NCBI GenBank assembly: GCA_050250375.1
Contig: JBFWOS010000001.1
Coordinates: forward strand, 471,090 to 535,089
Source of the DNA: Candidatus Omnitrophota bacterium
GTDB lineage: Bacteria; Omnitrophota; Gorgyraeia; Zapsychrales; Zapsychraceae
Direction of reading: 5' to 3'
Length of the DNA stretch: 64,000 nucleotides
Both the position numbers and the translations under genes were made by a program. Below, piece by piece: positions 28,974-38,696 of the stretch. Below the pieces are notes generated by a model that was not told the DNA's origin, did not search any database, and saw nothing but the letters and a program-made list of their open reading frames with translations. Every line of letters begins with the position of its first letter. Within the stretch, counting starts at the first letter, position 1.

Positions 28974-30393
28974 CCTTGAACGCACTCCTGTTCTTTCGCT
29001 GTAATCCGGTTTTTTCTGTCCCGTTCTTTTTTTCTGGGTACTTGACCCTGCCATGATACATTGCCGTCAGAACCCGAATAAATGTAGAAGAAATTTTATC
29101 AATTTCCTTAAGTGTCAAAGGACATTCATCCAGTTGTCCATCAATAAATTTATTATTAATCACTTTCTTGACGGTTACTTCAATATTCGAAGGATTTGGG
29201 TCATCCAACGCCCGAGTTGCCCCTTCGACCGAGTCAGCAAGGAGCGTAATGGCCGTCTCCCTGCTTTGAGGTTTTGGACCGGGATAACGGAACGTCTCTT
29301 CATCAACCCGTTCCCCGTCTTGAGCCTCCTCAACGGATTTTTGATAAAAATAATAAATCAAACTTGTTCCGTGGTGTTGCGGGATAAAATCAATAATAAC
29401 AGGATTCAATTTATTCTTTCGGGCTAACTCAATCCCCTCTTTTACATGATTTATAATGACAAGCCGACTCATTGAGGGTTCAATGTTATCATGTTTGTTT
29501 GGGCCCATCATTTGATTCTCAGTGAAGTATTCCGGTTTGACCATTTTTCCGATGTCATGATAATAGGCCCCCACGCGGGTTAATAACGAGTGTGCCCCGA
29601 TGGCATCGGCCGCTGTCTCCGCAAGATTACTTACGACCAAACTGTGATGATATGTCCCCGGCGCTTCCAAGATCATTCGTTTTAATAAAGGCTGGTTAAA
29701 ATCCGAAAGTTCAAGCAGGCTGAAATTTGTTAACACCCCAAATAAATATTCAAATACTTTTAATGTCGCTGCAACAATAAATGTACTGATATAACCGTTT
29801 AAGATCAACGGAAGCAGATATTGGTCTAAAAAAGGTCTCGACATTAGCAAACTCGGGTGTGGATTGAGCAGGAAAATGCAAACTGTGTGCATGATTGATA
29901 TTAAAAATCCGGCTAATATCAGACGGCCGCGGGTACGGGCCTCCCTGACTGAATACGCACCAACCAATCCTCCCATAAAATACGTCAGCATCATATCCAG
30001 GCCGCCGTTTAAGATAAGACTCACCAAGGTACTACTGATAAAGGCCATGACAAAAGTCAGCGTCCGGCTGTTAAATAGCAGCATTGTCAGCAACGCAATG
30101 GCTGGGACAGGGACATAATAAAGGGAAAGGGTTGTATATGATTTTGTGGTATGGGCAAAAAATATGATAATAACAAGCAATAAACCGAGATTTAGAAATA
30201 ATTTGAAACTTCCATGATTTGAATAACTTAAATGAAACGCCAACAGCATCAGCAAAATAGGAATAATCAGACTATATCCTAAGAATTGACAATAAAAAAT
30301 AAGTCCGCCGATAAATATACTTAACAGACTTACCCGAAAAAAACTATCTTTAATACCGTCGTTACTTTTTTTGATTAAGATCATAGGCCTCAA
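28882..30393 (-). CDS. 7TM-HDIG phosphohydrolase (PgpH-like c-di-AMP phosphodiesterase family)
   Basis: Multiple TM segments, then APGTYHHS, YYHDIGK, HHGT, FRYPGPKP and LADSVE. Sits in the usual phoH-HD-ybeY context. Confidence 0.88.
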   Translation of the reverse strand: MRPMILIKKSNDGIKDSFFRVSLLSIFIGGLIFYCQFLGYSLIIPILLMLLAFHLSYSNHGSFKLFLNLGLLLVIIIFFAHTTKSYTTLSLYYVPVPAIALLTMLLFNSRTLTFVMAFISSTLVSLILNGGLDMMLTYFMGGLVGAYSVREARTRGRLILAGFLISIMHTVCIFLLNPHPSLLMSRPFLDQYLLPLILNGYISTFIVAATLKVFEYLFGVLTNFSLLELSDFNQPLLKRMILEAPGTYHHSLVVSNLAETAADAIGAHSLLTRVGAYYHDIGKMVKPEYFTENQMMGPNKHDNIEPSMSRLVIINHVKEGIELARKNKLNPVIIDFIPQHHGTSLIYYFYQKSVEEAQDGERVDEETFRYPGPKPQSRETAITLLADSVEGATRALDDPNPSNIEVTVKKVINNKFIDGQLDECPLTLKEIDKISSTFIRVLTAMYHGRVKYPEKKNGTEKTGLQRKNRSAFKDGNRHNKPSEKDSSSDQSDQEHRPGDSSIS

Positions 30394-31312
30394 TAATTCT
30401 TTGAACTAACTCGTGGCGCACAACGTCCTTGCCCGTCAAATGAACAAATTTTATACCTTCAATCCCTTTAAGAATATTTTGTGCGTCCGATAATCCGTTA
30501 GGCGCTCCTTTGGGCAAATCACTCTGTGTGATGTCCCCCGTGATCACCGTCTTCGAGTCAAATCCCAACCTCGTTAAAAACATTTTCATCTGGAAAGGTG
30601 TTGAGTTTTGGGCCTCATCAAGAATAACAAAAGCATCATTTAAAGTTCTACCGCGCATAAACGCCAGCGGGGCTACTTCAATAAGACCTTGTTCCGAAAG
30701 CTCATCCACTTTTTGTGCGTCCATCATTTCATACAAGGCATCATAAAGCGGCCTCAAATAAGGCGATACCTTCTCAACCATATCACCGGGGAGAAACCCA
30801 AGATTTTCTCCCGCTTCAATAGCCGGCCTGGTAAGAATAATTCTTTTGATTAACCCTTTGCGAAACGCATTGACCGCCATCGCCATGGCGAGATATGTTT
30901 TTCCTGTTCCCGCCGGCCCCATCCCAAAAACAATATCATTTTCTTTTATTGCCTCGACATATTCAATCTGCCCTTTAGATTTCGGAGTTACGAGCATTCC
31001 TTTCACAGATACGTCGATTTTCTCTTTTGCCAACCGCTTAAAATCAACCCCTTCATCCGGCTGTGCGAGACGCAACGCATAAATAATATCACGGGTCTTT
31101 ATTTCTGACCCTTTCTCTATCACATCAAGCAAATAATCAAAAAGTTCAACCGTTTTATCGACTTGTATCCGAGAACCTGAAATCTTGAAACCATTGCTTT
31201 TTTGAATAATCTTTATATGAAGTTCCTTCTCTATAAGACGAAGATTTTCGTCATACTTTCCGCAAATCATCTGTAATTCTTTATTATTATTGAATTGTAT
31301 TGTTCGATCCAT
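30362..31312 (-). CDS. phoH: PhoH-family ATPase
   Basis: GPAGTGKTYLA, LGFLPGD, FMRGRTL and DEAQN motifs. Confidence 0.95.
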   Translation of the reverse strand: MDRTIQFNNNKELQMICGKYDENLRLIEKELHIKIIQKSNGFKISGSRIQVDKTVELFDYLLDVIEKGSEIKTRDIIYALRLAQPDEGVDFKRLAKEKIDVSVKGMLVTPKSKGQIEYVEAIKENDIVFGMGPAGTGKTYLAMAMAVNAFRKGLIKRIILTRPAIEAGENLGFLPGDMVEKVSPYLRPLYDALYEMMDAQKVDELSEQGLIEVAPLAFMRGRTLNDAFVILDEAQNSTPFQMKMFLTRLGFDSKTVITGDITQSDLPKGAPNGLSDAQNILKGIEGIKFVHLTGKDVVRHELVQRIIEAYDLNQKK

Positions 31313-31338
31313 AAAGACGAGACATTCGGGTGGTGAAA

Positions 31339-31956
31339 CTATTCAACGGGAATTTTAAGATTTACACCGGGCTTTAGCACATCAGGGCTTTTCAGCACAT
31401 CTTTATTCGCCTCGTAAATCCTTGGCCATTTGCTGTACGAATTATAGAATTTCATGGATATCTTCTGGAGGGTATCATTTTTGTCGACGGTGTAATCGAC
31501 GAATCGTTGATTGGTTGTTTTAGCAGCACTATTTTCAACATACGGCTCATCAAAAGAGGGGATTTCAATCTTCCCTTTTGTATTCGAAGAATTTCCATGG
31601 TTCTTGGCTGTTCCGGAGAAATTATTTTTTACCGGCTTGTTTGTCGAACTTTGTGGAATTTCTTTTTCGGGTTTATCATTTTTTTCATCATTAATGAAGA
31701 AATCTAAACTCGGTTCTGCCGGTGGTTCTTTGATAAACTCAAGAAAGTATACTTTTCTTGTTTCTTTGACCTGTTTCGAGGTAGCCTGGGGAGCATTTTC
31801 CCAATTCCCGACCGTTCCTTCGACAATTTGATCAACCCGCTTTTTGTCTTGTTTATAACTACGGACACTAATATCATTGGCAACGCTGCATCCTAAGAAC
31901 CCGGAAAAGCAGACTAATATTAACGTTCCTTTAAGAAGTTTCTTAGGCATTATCAT
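31339..31956 (-). CDS. Lipoprotein with C-terminal LysM domain
   Basis: FLGC lipobox and YTVDKNDTLQKIS.KFY...W..IYEAN...PDVLKPG..L.IP. Confidence 0.88.
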   Translation of the reverse strand: MIMPKKLLKGTLILVCFSGFLGCSVANDISVRSYKQDKKRVDQIVEGTVGNWENAPQATSKQVKETRKVYFLEFIKEPPAEPSLDFFINDEKNDKPEKEIPQSSTNKPVKNNFSGTAKNHGNSSNTKGKIEIPSFDEPYVENSAAKTTNQRFVDYTVDKNDTLQKISMKFYNSYSKWPRIYEANKDVLKSPDVLKPGVNLKIPVE

Positions 31957-33343
31957 CTCCTTTTTTTAGAGTCATGAGCCCTAAATCTTTCAACTGTTTA
32001 TCATCTACCGTCGAAGGAGCATCTGTAATCAAACAGTTTCCCTTTTGAGTTTTTGGAAACGCGATTGTATCTCTAATTGAATCCAAACCGGTTAACAATG
32101 CAACCAACCGGTCAATACCGTAAGCTACGCCGGCATGTGGTGGCGCCCCATATTCAAATGCCTGGAGTAAGAATCCAAACCGGTTTTGCGCTTCTAATTC
32201 ATTAAAACCTATTATATCAAAAATTTTCTTTTGCATATCCTTTTTATGTATACGAACAGACCCGCTTCCGATCTCATTACCGTTAAATACCAAATCATAC
32301 GACCGGGCTCTGATTTTTTCAAATTCACCACTGTCTAAATACTTAGAGTCTTCCTCTTTAATGGATGTAAACGGGTGATGTTCACTTTCCCAGCGCTTTT
32401 CATCTTTATTATATTTAAACATCGGAAAATCAATGATCCATGTTAAATTAAATTCTTCACCTTCTTTCCTTAAATCAGGCTTATCACTGTTATATTTCTC
32501 TTTCGCCTCTTTATGCGTCATTCTCGGAAAAGGTGTGACTAAATCAATCCCTTTGATTTCTTTAAAAATCTCCTTATATAATAACTCTGTCACGGCAAAA
32601 ACATCTTCCTCATCAACAAAAGACATCTCCATATCCAGTTGGGTAAATTCGGGTTGGCGGTCAGCCCTCAAATCTTCGTCCCGAAAACATTTTACAATTT
32701 GGTAATACTTGTCCAACCCCGAAACCATGAGCATTTGCTTAAATAACTGGGGCGATTGAGGTAACGCAAAAAATTTTCCGGGGTTTAAACGCGCGGGCAC
32801 TAGAAAATCCCTTGCGCCTTCAGGTGTCGATTTGGTCAGAACAGGCGTTTCAACTTCAGTAAAACCCTGCTTGTCAAGCACTTGCCTAATCACCGAACAT
32901 AATTTGTGTCTTGTCCGTAAAGAATTAAGCATCTTGGTTCTTCGAATATCTAAATACCGATAAGTCAGACGTAAATCCTCTGAAACCTCCCCATTGTCAT
33001 CAATAGGAAAAACCGGCACTTTACTCGGGTTCAGAATTTCCAATTCTGTGGCACATAATTCGATTTCACCTGTCGGGATATCCTGGTTGATCATTTTATC
33101 AGGACGAACATTGACCGTTCCTGTGACTTTTATAACAAATTCGGGCCCAAGCTTTGAAGCCACATCATGCGCTTGTTTGCTGACAGAAGGAACAAATACC
33201 ACTTGGGTAATCCCGTACCTATCACGAATATCAATAAAGATAAGTTTACCGTGATCTCTCCTCGCAGCCACCCAGCCACATAACGTCACCGTCTGATTCC
33301 CCTGTTGTTTTCTTAATTCCCCGCAAGTATGTGTACGTAACAT
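31943..33343 (-). CDS. aspS: Aspartate--tRNA ligase (short form lacking the GAD insertion)
   Basis: MLRTHTCG, STPEGARDF, LPQSPQLFKQ, FRDEDLRADRQPEFTQ and GAPPHAG motifs. Confidence 0.96.
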   Translation of the reverse strand: MLRTHTCGELRKQQGNQTVTLCGWVAARRDHGKLIFIDIRDRYGITQVVFVPSVSKQAHDVASKLGPEFVIKVTGTVNVRPDKMINQDIPTGEIELCATELEILNPSKVPVFPIDDNGEVSEDLRLTYRYLDIRRTKMLNSLRTRHKLCSVIRQVLDKQGFTEVETPVLTKSTPEGARDFLVPARLNPGKFFALPQSPQLFKQMLMVSGLDKYYQIVKCFRDEDLRADRQPEFTQLDMEMSFVDEEDVFAVTELLYKEIFKEIKGIDLVTPFPRMTHKEAKEKYNSDKPDLRKEGEEFNLTWIIDFPMFKYNKDEKRWESEHHPFTSIKEEDSKYLDSGEFEKIRARSYDLVFNGNEIGSGSVRIHKKDMQKKIFDIIGFNELEAQNRFGFLLQAFEYGAPPHAGVAYGIDRLVALLTGLDSIRDTIAFPKTQKGNCLITDAPSTVDDKQLKDLGLMTLKKGDDNA

Positions 33344-33350
33344 AGTCGAT

Positions 33351-34655
33351 TTACAACCTTTCTGTGGTTAATTCAAGTAATTGTGTATAATTATCATTTT
33401 TAATCGAAATTTCCTGCTGTGATCCATCCTGAAAATTCTTAATAGTGATTACCCCTCGATCCAATTCATTTTCTCCGATAATAATAACTCTCTCTGCTTT
33501 TGATTTATTCGCCTGACGCATAAGGCTTTTGACAGATGCTATGTTATAACAAATATCACAGGAAATAGAATGCTGCCGGAGTATATTTGTAATCACCCAC
33601 GCCCGAGAAAATGACTTTTCATCCAAAGCAATGACATAAATATCCGGATGGATACTCAAAACTTCCTGGTCTTGTGGGAGAGCCAAAAGTATGCGCTCAA
33701 TCCCTAAAGCAAATCCAACCGCTCCAACATTAGGCCCCCCTAGTTGATTGACCAGGTTATTATAGCGCCCACCCGCGCCAAGCGCATCCTGGCTCCCCAA
33801 TGATGTACTGGTGATTTCAAAGACGGTATGCGTATAATAATCAAGTCCTCGAACCAATTTTGAATCTAATTCAAAATCTATATTCATATCTTTCAATGCC
33901 TTCTGGACTTTATCAAAATAAATCCGGCTTTCAGCACCTAAAGCTGAAGATTCAATCGCCAATGAATCAATAACAGCCCGAGTTTTCTTGTTCTTGCTGT
34001 CTAATACCCGAAAAACATTCCTTTCAAATCGACTCTGGTCTTCTTCGTCTAATTCCAATATTCGATCTTTTAACTCCCGACGCAACCAGTTTGAAAAATT
34101 CTCCTTGTCTTCAGCTGATCCCAGAGAATTTAACTTGATGGTAAAATTTTTCAACCCTAAAGTTTTCAGAATATCCACGCTTAGGGCGATTACCTCCGCA
34201 TCCAGATACGGTGAATCAGCAAAGGGTCCGATCGCCTCGACTCCAACCTGATGAAACTGCCGCAAACGTCCCTTTTGCGGACGCTCCCCACGAAACATAG
34301 GACCGATATAATATAACTTACTCAACCCCTCAAGTTTGTCTAAATTCTGCAAAATGTAGGACCTCACGACTGAAGCCGTATTTTCAGGCCTTAAGGATAA
34401 TCCTGAAAGCTTAAGTTCCGCATTTTTCTCAGCGGGCTGAGCGGCCAGGTTAAGCATTTGTTTCATCACAACATCGCTGCTTTGGCCCATAGAACGGGCA
34501 AAGAGTTCCGTCTCTTCAAATATTGGCGTTCGGATCTCCTGATAATTGTAAACATGCAGAATTTCCCGCATTAAGTTTTCAACCGTTTGCCATTGATAGA
34601 TTTCCGGAAAAACTATATCAGAACAACCTCGGGGGATTGATAATTTATTCGACAT
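33351..34655 (-). CDS. hisS: Histidine--tRNA ligase (probable start 34655)
   Basis: LRPENTA, FRGERPQKGRLRQF, VRGLDYY and GGRY motifs. Confidence 0.97.
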   Translation of the reverse strand: MSNKLSIPRGCSDIVFPEIYQWQTVENLMREILHVYNYQEIRTPIFEETELFARSMGQSSDVVMKQMLNLAAQPAEKNAELKLSGLSLRPENTASVVRSYILQNLDKLEGLSKLYYIGPMFRGERPQKGRLRQFHQVGVEAIGPFADSPYLDAEVIALSVDILKTLGLKNFTIKLNSLGSAEDKENFSNWLRRELKDRILELDEEDQSRFERNVFRVLDSKNKKTRAVIDSLAIESSALGAESRIYFDKVQKALKDMNIDFELDSKLVRGLDYYTHTVFEITSTSLGSQDALGAGGRYNNLVNQLGGPNVGAVGFALGIERILLALPQDQEVLSIHPDIYVIALDEKSFSRAWVITNILRQHSISCDICYNIASVKSLMRQANKSKAERVIIIGENELDRGVITIKNFQDGSQQEISIKNDNYTQLLELTTERL

Positions 34656-34787
34656 ATTTCCCACTAAAAATGATCTAACCCCGTCCTCCCACAATAATTG
34701 GGCTGGCGGGGCAATGATCGTAATAAATTTAAATGTTTGAAATTATTAAATTTACGATATAAGTATAAAAGCAGATATAAAATACTT

Positions 34788-35060
34788 TTATTTAATTTTT
34801 TGCTTCATTTCTAACCCAGGCTTAAAAACAACAACTTTACGAGGAGGGACTGGAACGCTTTCCCCAGTACGCGGATTTCGACCGAAACGAGCTCTACGTT
34901 CTTTGATTTTAAAAACACCAAAATTACGCAACTCAACCTTCTCATTCCTTACCAAACTGTCAACAATGACATCAAATGTCTTCTGAACGATTTTCTTGAC
35001 ATCCACTTGTTTGATCCCGGTCATATCGGTTATTTTGAGTACTATATCTTTTTTAGTCAT
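34788..35060 (-). CDS. HU/IHF-family nucleoid-associated protein
   Basis: MTKKD, ELRNFGVF, GRNPRTG and FKPG motifs; SD GGAGG. Confidence 0.95.
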   Translation of the reverse strand: MTKKDIVLKITDMTGIKQVDVKKIVQKTFDVIVDSLVRNEKVELRNFGVFKIKERRARFGRNPRTGESVPVPPRKVVVFKPGLEMKQKIK

Positions 35061-35084
35061 TTAAACTACCTCCTAATGCTAAGT

Positions 35085-35113
35085 ATAGTAACAACAAGGC
35101 GTTACAGTGTCAA
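35085..35113 (-). promoter_or_regulatory. Sigma70 promoter of the HU/IHF gene
   Basis: TTGACA-17 nt-TACTAT with an extended TG. Confidence 0.65.
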
Positions 35114-35172
35114 GAAATTATTTCTTCATAGTCCCTTTTCCCCAAGCTCTAAAAAACGCGGACTATTTTGTT

Positions 35173-38100
35173 TTAAAACTTCAAAGAACAACATTCATTT
35201 CCCACTAATTCTTTAATTTCATTCATTAAATCTTCATTCGGAGCAACAAAAAGGTCTTCTCCGACTAGGATTTCAATACTTTTATTTGACTGGGTGGACA
35301 ACCGCAAATAGACCGGGATCTTTCCCGGAGAACTCGACAATTTATTCTTTAAGTGATCAATGCCATTTTGCTCAAGACTTGATAAATCTAAGTTTATGGA
35401 TTTTATTGATTTATAGACATCCTGAATTTGTCCGATATCGTTGGCTATAATCTTCGCCTCATCATCCCGTAAACTAACCTTTCCTTTTAGAAAAACAACC
35501 TCTCCCTCTCTCAAAAATGGGGCTAGATTGACATAAGCTGATGGAAAGACAACTACTTCGATCGCCCCCTCCGCGTCCTCAAGCCTGATAATCGCCATTC
35601 GTTCATTTGTCTTACGCGTGTTGGTTAGCTTTATTTTACTAATTAACCCCACAATTCTTACCTCTTCTCCATCAACCGCTTTCGTAAGATTTCTTGTCGA
35701 AAAATCTGTAAATTGTTTGATTTCAGTACGATAATGCGACAAAGGATGCCCGCTGACATAATACCCCAACACTTCCTTTTCATATGTTAAAATCTGGTTC
35801 TGCGGCCACTCTTTTATATCCGGCAATTTCTCTGATTCTTTTACAAATCCTGATCCCATATCCATCATGTCAAAAAACGATACTTGCCCGGAAGCCTTTT
35901 CTTTTTGCAGTTTTGCACTGATTTCTAATGTACGGTCCAAAACAGTCATCATCTGCGACCGATAAATCTTAAAATCATCCAAAGCCCCGCATTTAATCAA
36001 ACTTTCTAGAACTTTTCGATTAGTTGTCCTTAAATCGACCCGCTCGCACAGTTCCTGTAAAGACAAAAACTCGCCGTTTTCCCTCTGCTCAACAATCGAA
36101 TCAATGGCGGAAGAACCGACATTTTTAACAGCCAACAAGCCGTACTGAATTGTTTTCTTATCAACGACACTGAACTTCTTTAAACTTCGATTGACATGAG
36201 GCGACAATATTTTAATTCCGTTGGCCTCGCATTCTTTAATATATTCCACCAGCTTGTCTGTATTATTTAATTCACTATTTAGAATTGAGCACATAAACTC
36301 CACTGGATAATTGGCTTTGAGATACGCTGTCCTATACGTAATCAGGGCATACGCAGCCGAATGACTTCGATTAAAACCATAACCCGAGAAATAGTCGATA
36401 AGATCAAATAGTTTATTGGCTTTTTCAGAAGATATCTGACTTGTCCGCTCACAACCTTCCACGAAATCCTTACGCATTTGATCCATAACCGACTGGATCT
36501 TTTTACTCATCGCCCGTCTCAAATGATCAGCCTGAACAAGGGTAAAACCGGCCAAAGCAACTGGAATTTGCATAACCTGCTCTTGATAAACAATAATCCC
36601 ATACGTTGCTTTAAGGATCGGCTCCAGTTTCGGATGATCATAGACAACAGCAATCTCGCCCCGCTTGCGCTTGATAAAATCGTCCAACATACCGCTGCCC
36701 ATCGGCCCTGGACGATAAAGGGCCAGTATGGAGATAAGGTCTTCAAATTCCGAAGGTTTTATTTTCTTAAGCAATTCCCTCATCCCCGCACTTTCCAACT
36801 GAAAAACACCAAAACTTTTGGCCTTGCCCAGCATCTCATAAGTCTTCCGGTCGTCTAATGCGGCTCGATCCATATCTAAATCAATATGATGTCGCTGTTT
36901 CACTAATTTTACGGCTTCATCAATTACCGTCAATGTCCTCAGCCCGAGGAAATCCATTTTTAATAGCCCGATTTTGGCAATACTATTCATCGAATATGCG
37001 GTTGTTATCTGATCGTCACTTGTCTTAAAAAGCGGAACATATTCCGTCAACGGTTTATCAGAGATAACAACACCGGCGGCGTGAATTGAGGCGTGACGGG
37101 TCAACCCCTCCAACACTCTGGCCATTTCATATACATCATTGGACACCTTATCTGATTTACATAATTGATCCAATTGGGGTTCTTTTTTGACGGCTTCCTC
37201 CAAACTGATGCCTAAATCATTTGGAATCAATTTGGCTATCCGGTCAACATCTCCGTAAGAAACACCCATGACACGGCCAACATCTCGAATCGCCGCGCGA
37301 GCCTGCATCGTTCCGAACGTAATAATCTGGGCCACATTGGACTTGCCATACTTCCTGGTCACATATTCAATAACTTCCCCTCGTCGCTCATAACAAAAAT
37401 CAATATCAATATCAGGCATACCGCTCCGGTCTGGATTCAAAAACCGTTCAAAAAGAAGGCCATAATAAAGTGGGTCTAAGTCGGTAATCCCCAACAGGTA
37501 ACTGACCAAACTCCCTGCCGCAGAACCACGACCGGGCCCAACAGGTATATTATTTTCCTTGGCAAAATTGATAAAATCCCAGACAATCAAGAAATAGGCG
37601 ATAAATCCCATTTTCTCAATAATATTCAGCTCCTGCGCTAATCGGCTTCGAACTTCTTCAGAAACAGTCGTATAGCGCCGCCTTAAACCTTCCTGACAAA
37701 GTTGGATTAAATAATCTTTTTGTGATTGTCCGGCAGGAGGTACAAACCGCGGCAAATGGTATGTGTCAAAATTTAATTTTAGGTCGCACTTGTCCGCAAT
37801 CTCCACCGTATTAGAGATCGCTTCCGGGACTTCGCTAAATAAATTCTTCATGGCAATTTGATCTTTAAAATAGAACTCTCCGGACTGAAGTTTCATACGG
37901 CCTGGATCACTTAACATGGACTGGGTTTGAATACATAACAATGCATCATGGGCGTGTGATTGGTGGGGTTCTAAATAATGCACATCATTGGTAGCGACAA
38001 GGGGGATGTTTAATTCTTTGGAAATCTTTACAATCAGCGGGTTTACTTTTTTCTGTATTTCAATCCCATGATCCATCAACTCAAGATAAAAATTACCTTT

Positions 38101-38607
38101 ACCAAATATATTCTGAAAATCATCAGCGGATTTTAAGGCTGCATTGTAGTTTCCCTGCATAAGGTTCCACGCTACCTCGCCCTTTAAACAGGCTGAACTG
38201 CAGATCAGCCCCTGAGAATGTTGAGACAAAATTTCTTTGTCGATGCGCGGATGATAATAAAACCCCTCAAGATAGCCCGCCGAAATCAATTTCATTAAAT
38301 TTCTATATCCGGTGAGATCCTTCGACAACAATAATAAATGGGAGGTGGCTTTATTCTGAGGGGATTTATCCATCCGTGAGCCATTAACGGATAAATAGGC
38401 TTCGACACCTATAATCGGTTTTATTTTGGCTTTATTGGCCGCCAGGTAAAAATCAATCGCTCCAAACATATTGCCGTGATCCGTCATGGCAACGGCCGGC
38501 ATTTGATATTCAACAGCTTTCTCTATTAATTTGTTGATGCGGCAGGTCCCGTCGAGAAGACTGTACTGGGTGTGAACGTGAAGATGGACAAAATCCATAG
38601 ATTTCAT
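35173..38607 (-). CDS. dnaE: DNA polymerase III alpha subunit
   Basis: PHP domain FVHLHVHTQYSLLDG, GPGRGSAAGS, PDIDIDF and YGFNRSH. No intein seen. Confidence 0.98.
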   Translation of the reverse strand: MKSMDFVHLHVHTQYSLLDGTCRINKLIEKAVEYQMPAVAMTDHGNMFGAIDFYLAANKAKIKPIIGVEAYLSVNGSRMDKSPQNKATSHLLLLSKDLTGYRNLMKLISAGYLEGFYYHPRIDKEILSQHSQGLICSSACLKGEVAWNLMQGNYNAALKSADDFQNIFGKGNFYLELMDHGIEIQKKVNPLIVKISKELNIPLVATNDVHYLEPHQSHAHDALLCIQTQSMLSDPGRMKLQSGEFYFKDQIAMKNLFSEVPEAISNTVEIADKCDLKLNFDTYHLPRFVPPAGQSQKDYLIQLCQEGLRRRYTTVSEEVRSRLAQELNIIEKMGFIAYFLIVWDFINFAKENNIPVGPGRGSAAGSLVSYLLGITDLDPLYYGLLFERFLNPDRSGMPDIDIDFCYERRGEVIEYVTRKYGKSNVAQIITFGTMQARAAIRDVGRVMGVSYGDVDRIAKLIPNDLGISLEEAVKKEPQLDQLCKSDKVSNDVYEMARVLEGLTRHASIHAAGVVISDKPLTEYVPLFKTSDDQITTAYSMNSIAKIGLLKMDFLGLRTLTVIDEAVKLVKQRHHIDLDMDRAALDDRKTYEMLGKAKSFGVFQLESAGMRELLKKIKPSEFEDLISILALYRPGPMGSGMLDDFIKRKRGEIAVVYDHPKLEPILKATYGIIVYQEQVMQIPVALAGFTLVQADHLRRAMSKKIQSVMDQMRKDFVEGCERTSQISSEKANKLFDLIDYFSGYGFNRSHSAAYALITYRTAYLKANYPVEFMCSILNSELNNTDKLVEYIKECEANGIKILSPHVNRSLKKFSVVDKKTIQYGLLAVKNVGSSAIDSIVEQRENGEFLSLQELCERVDLRTTNRKVLESLIKCGALDDFKIYRSQMMTVLDRTLEISAKLQKEKASGQVSFFDMMDMGSGFVKESEKLPDIKEWPQNQILTYEKEVLGYYVSGHPLSHYRTEIKQFTDFSTRNLTKAVDGEEVRIVGLISKIKLTNTRKTNERMAIIRLEDAEGAIEVVVFPSAYVNLAPFLREGEVVFLKGKVSLRDDEAKIIANDIGQIQDVYKSIKSINLDLSSLEQNGIDHLKNKLSSSPGKIPVYLRLSTQSNKSIEILVGEDLFVAPNEDLMNEIKELVGNECCSLKF

Positions 38608-38696
38608 GGGTATATTATAACAAAAAAGTTGCGGTTCACAAGATTCATGATTGAACCCAACTTATAAGCTTGTTAAACGCGATAAAATCTCTCGGA

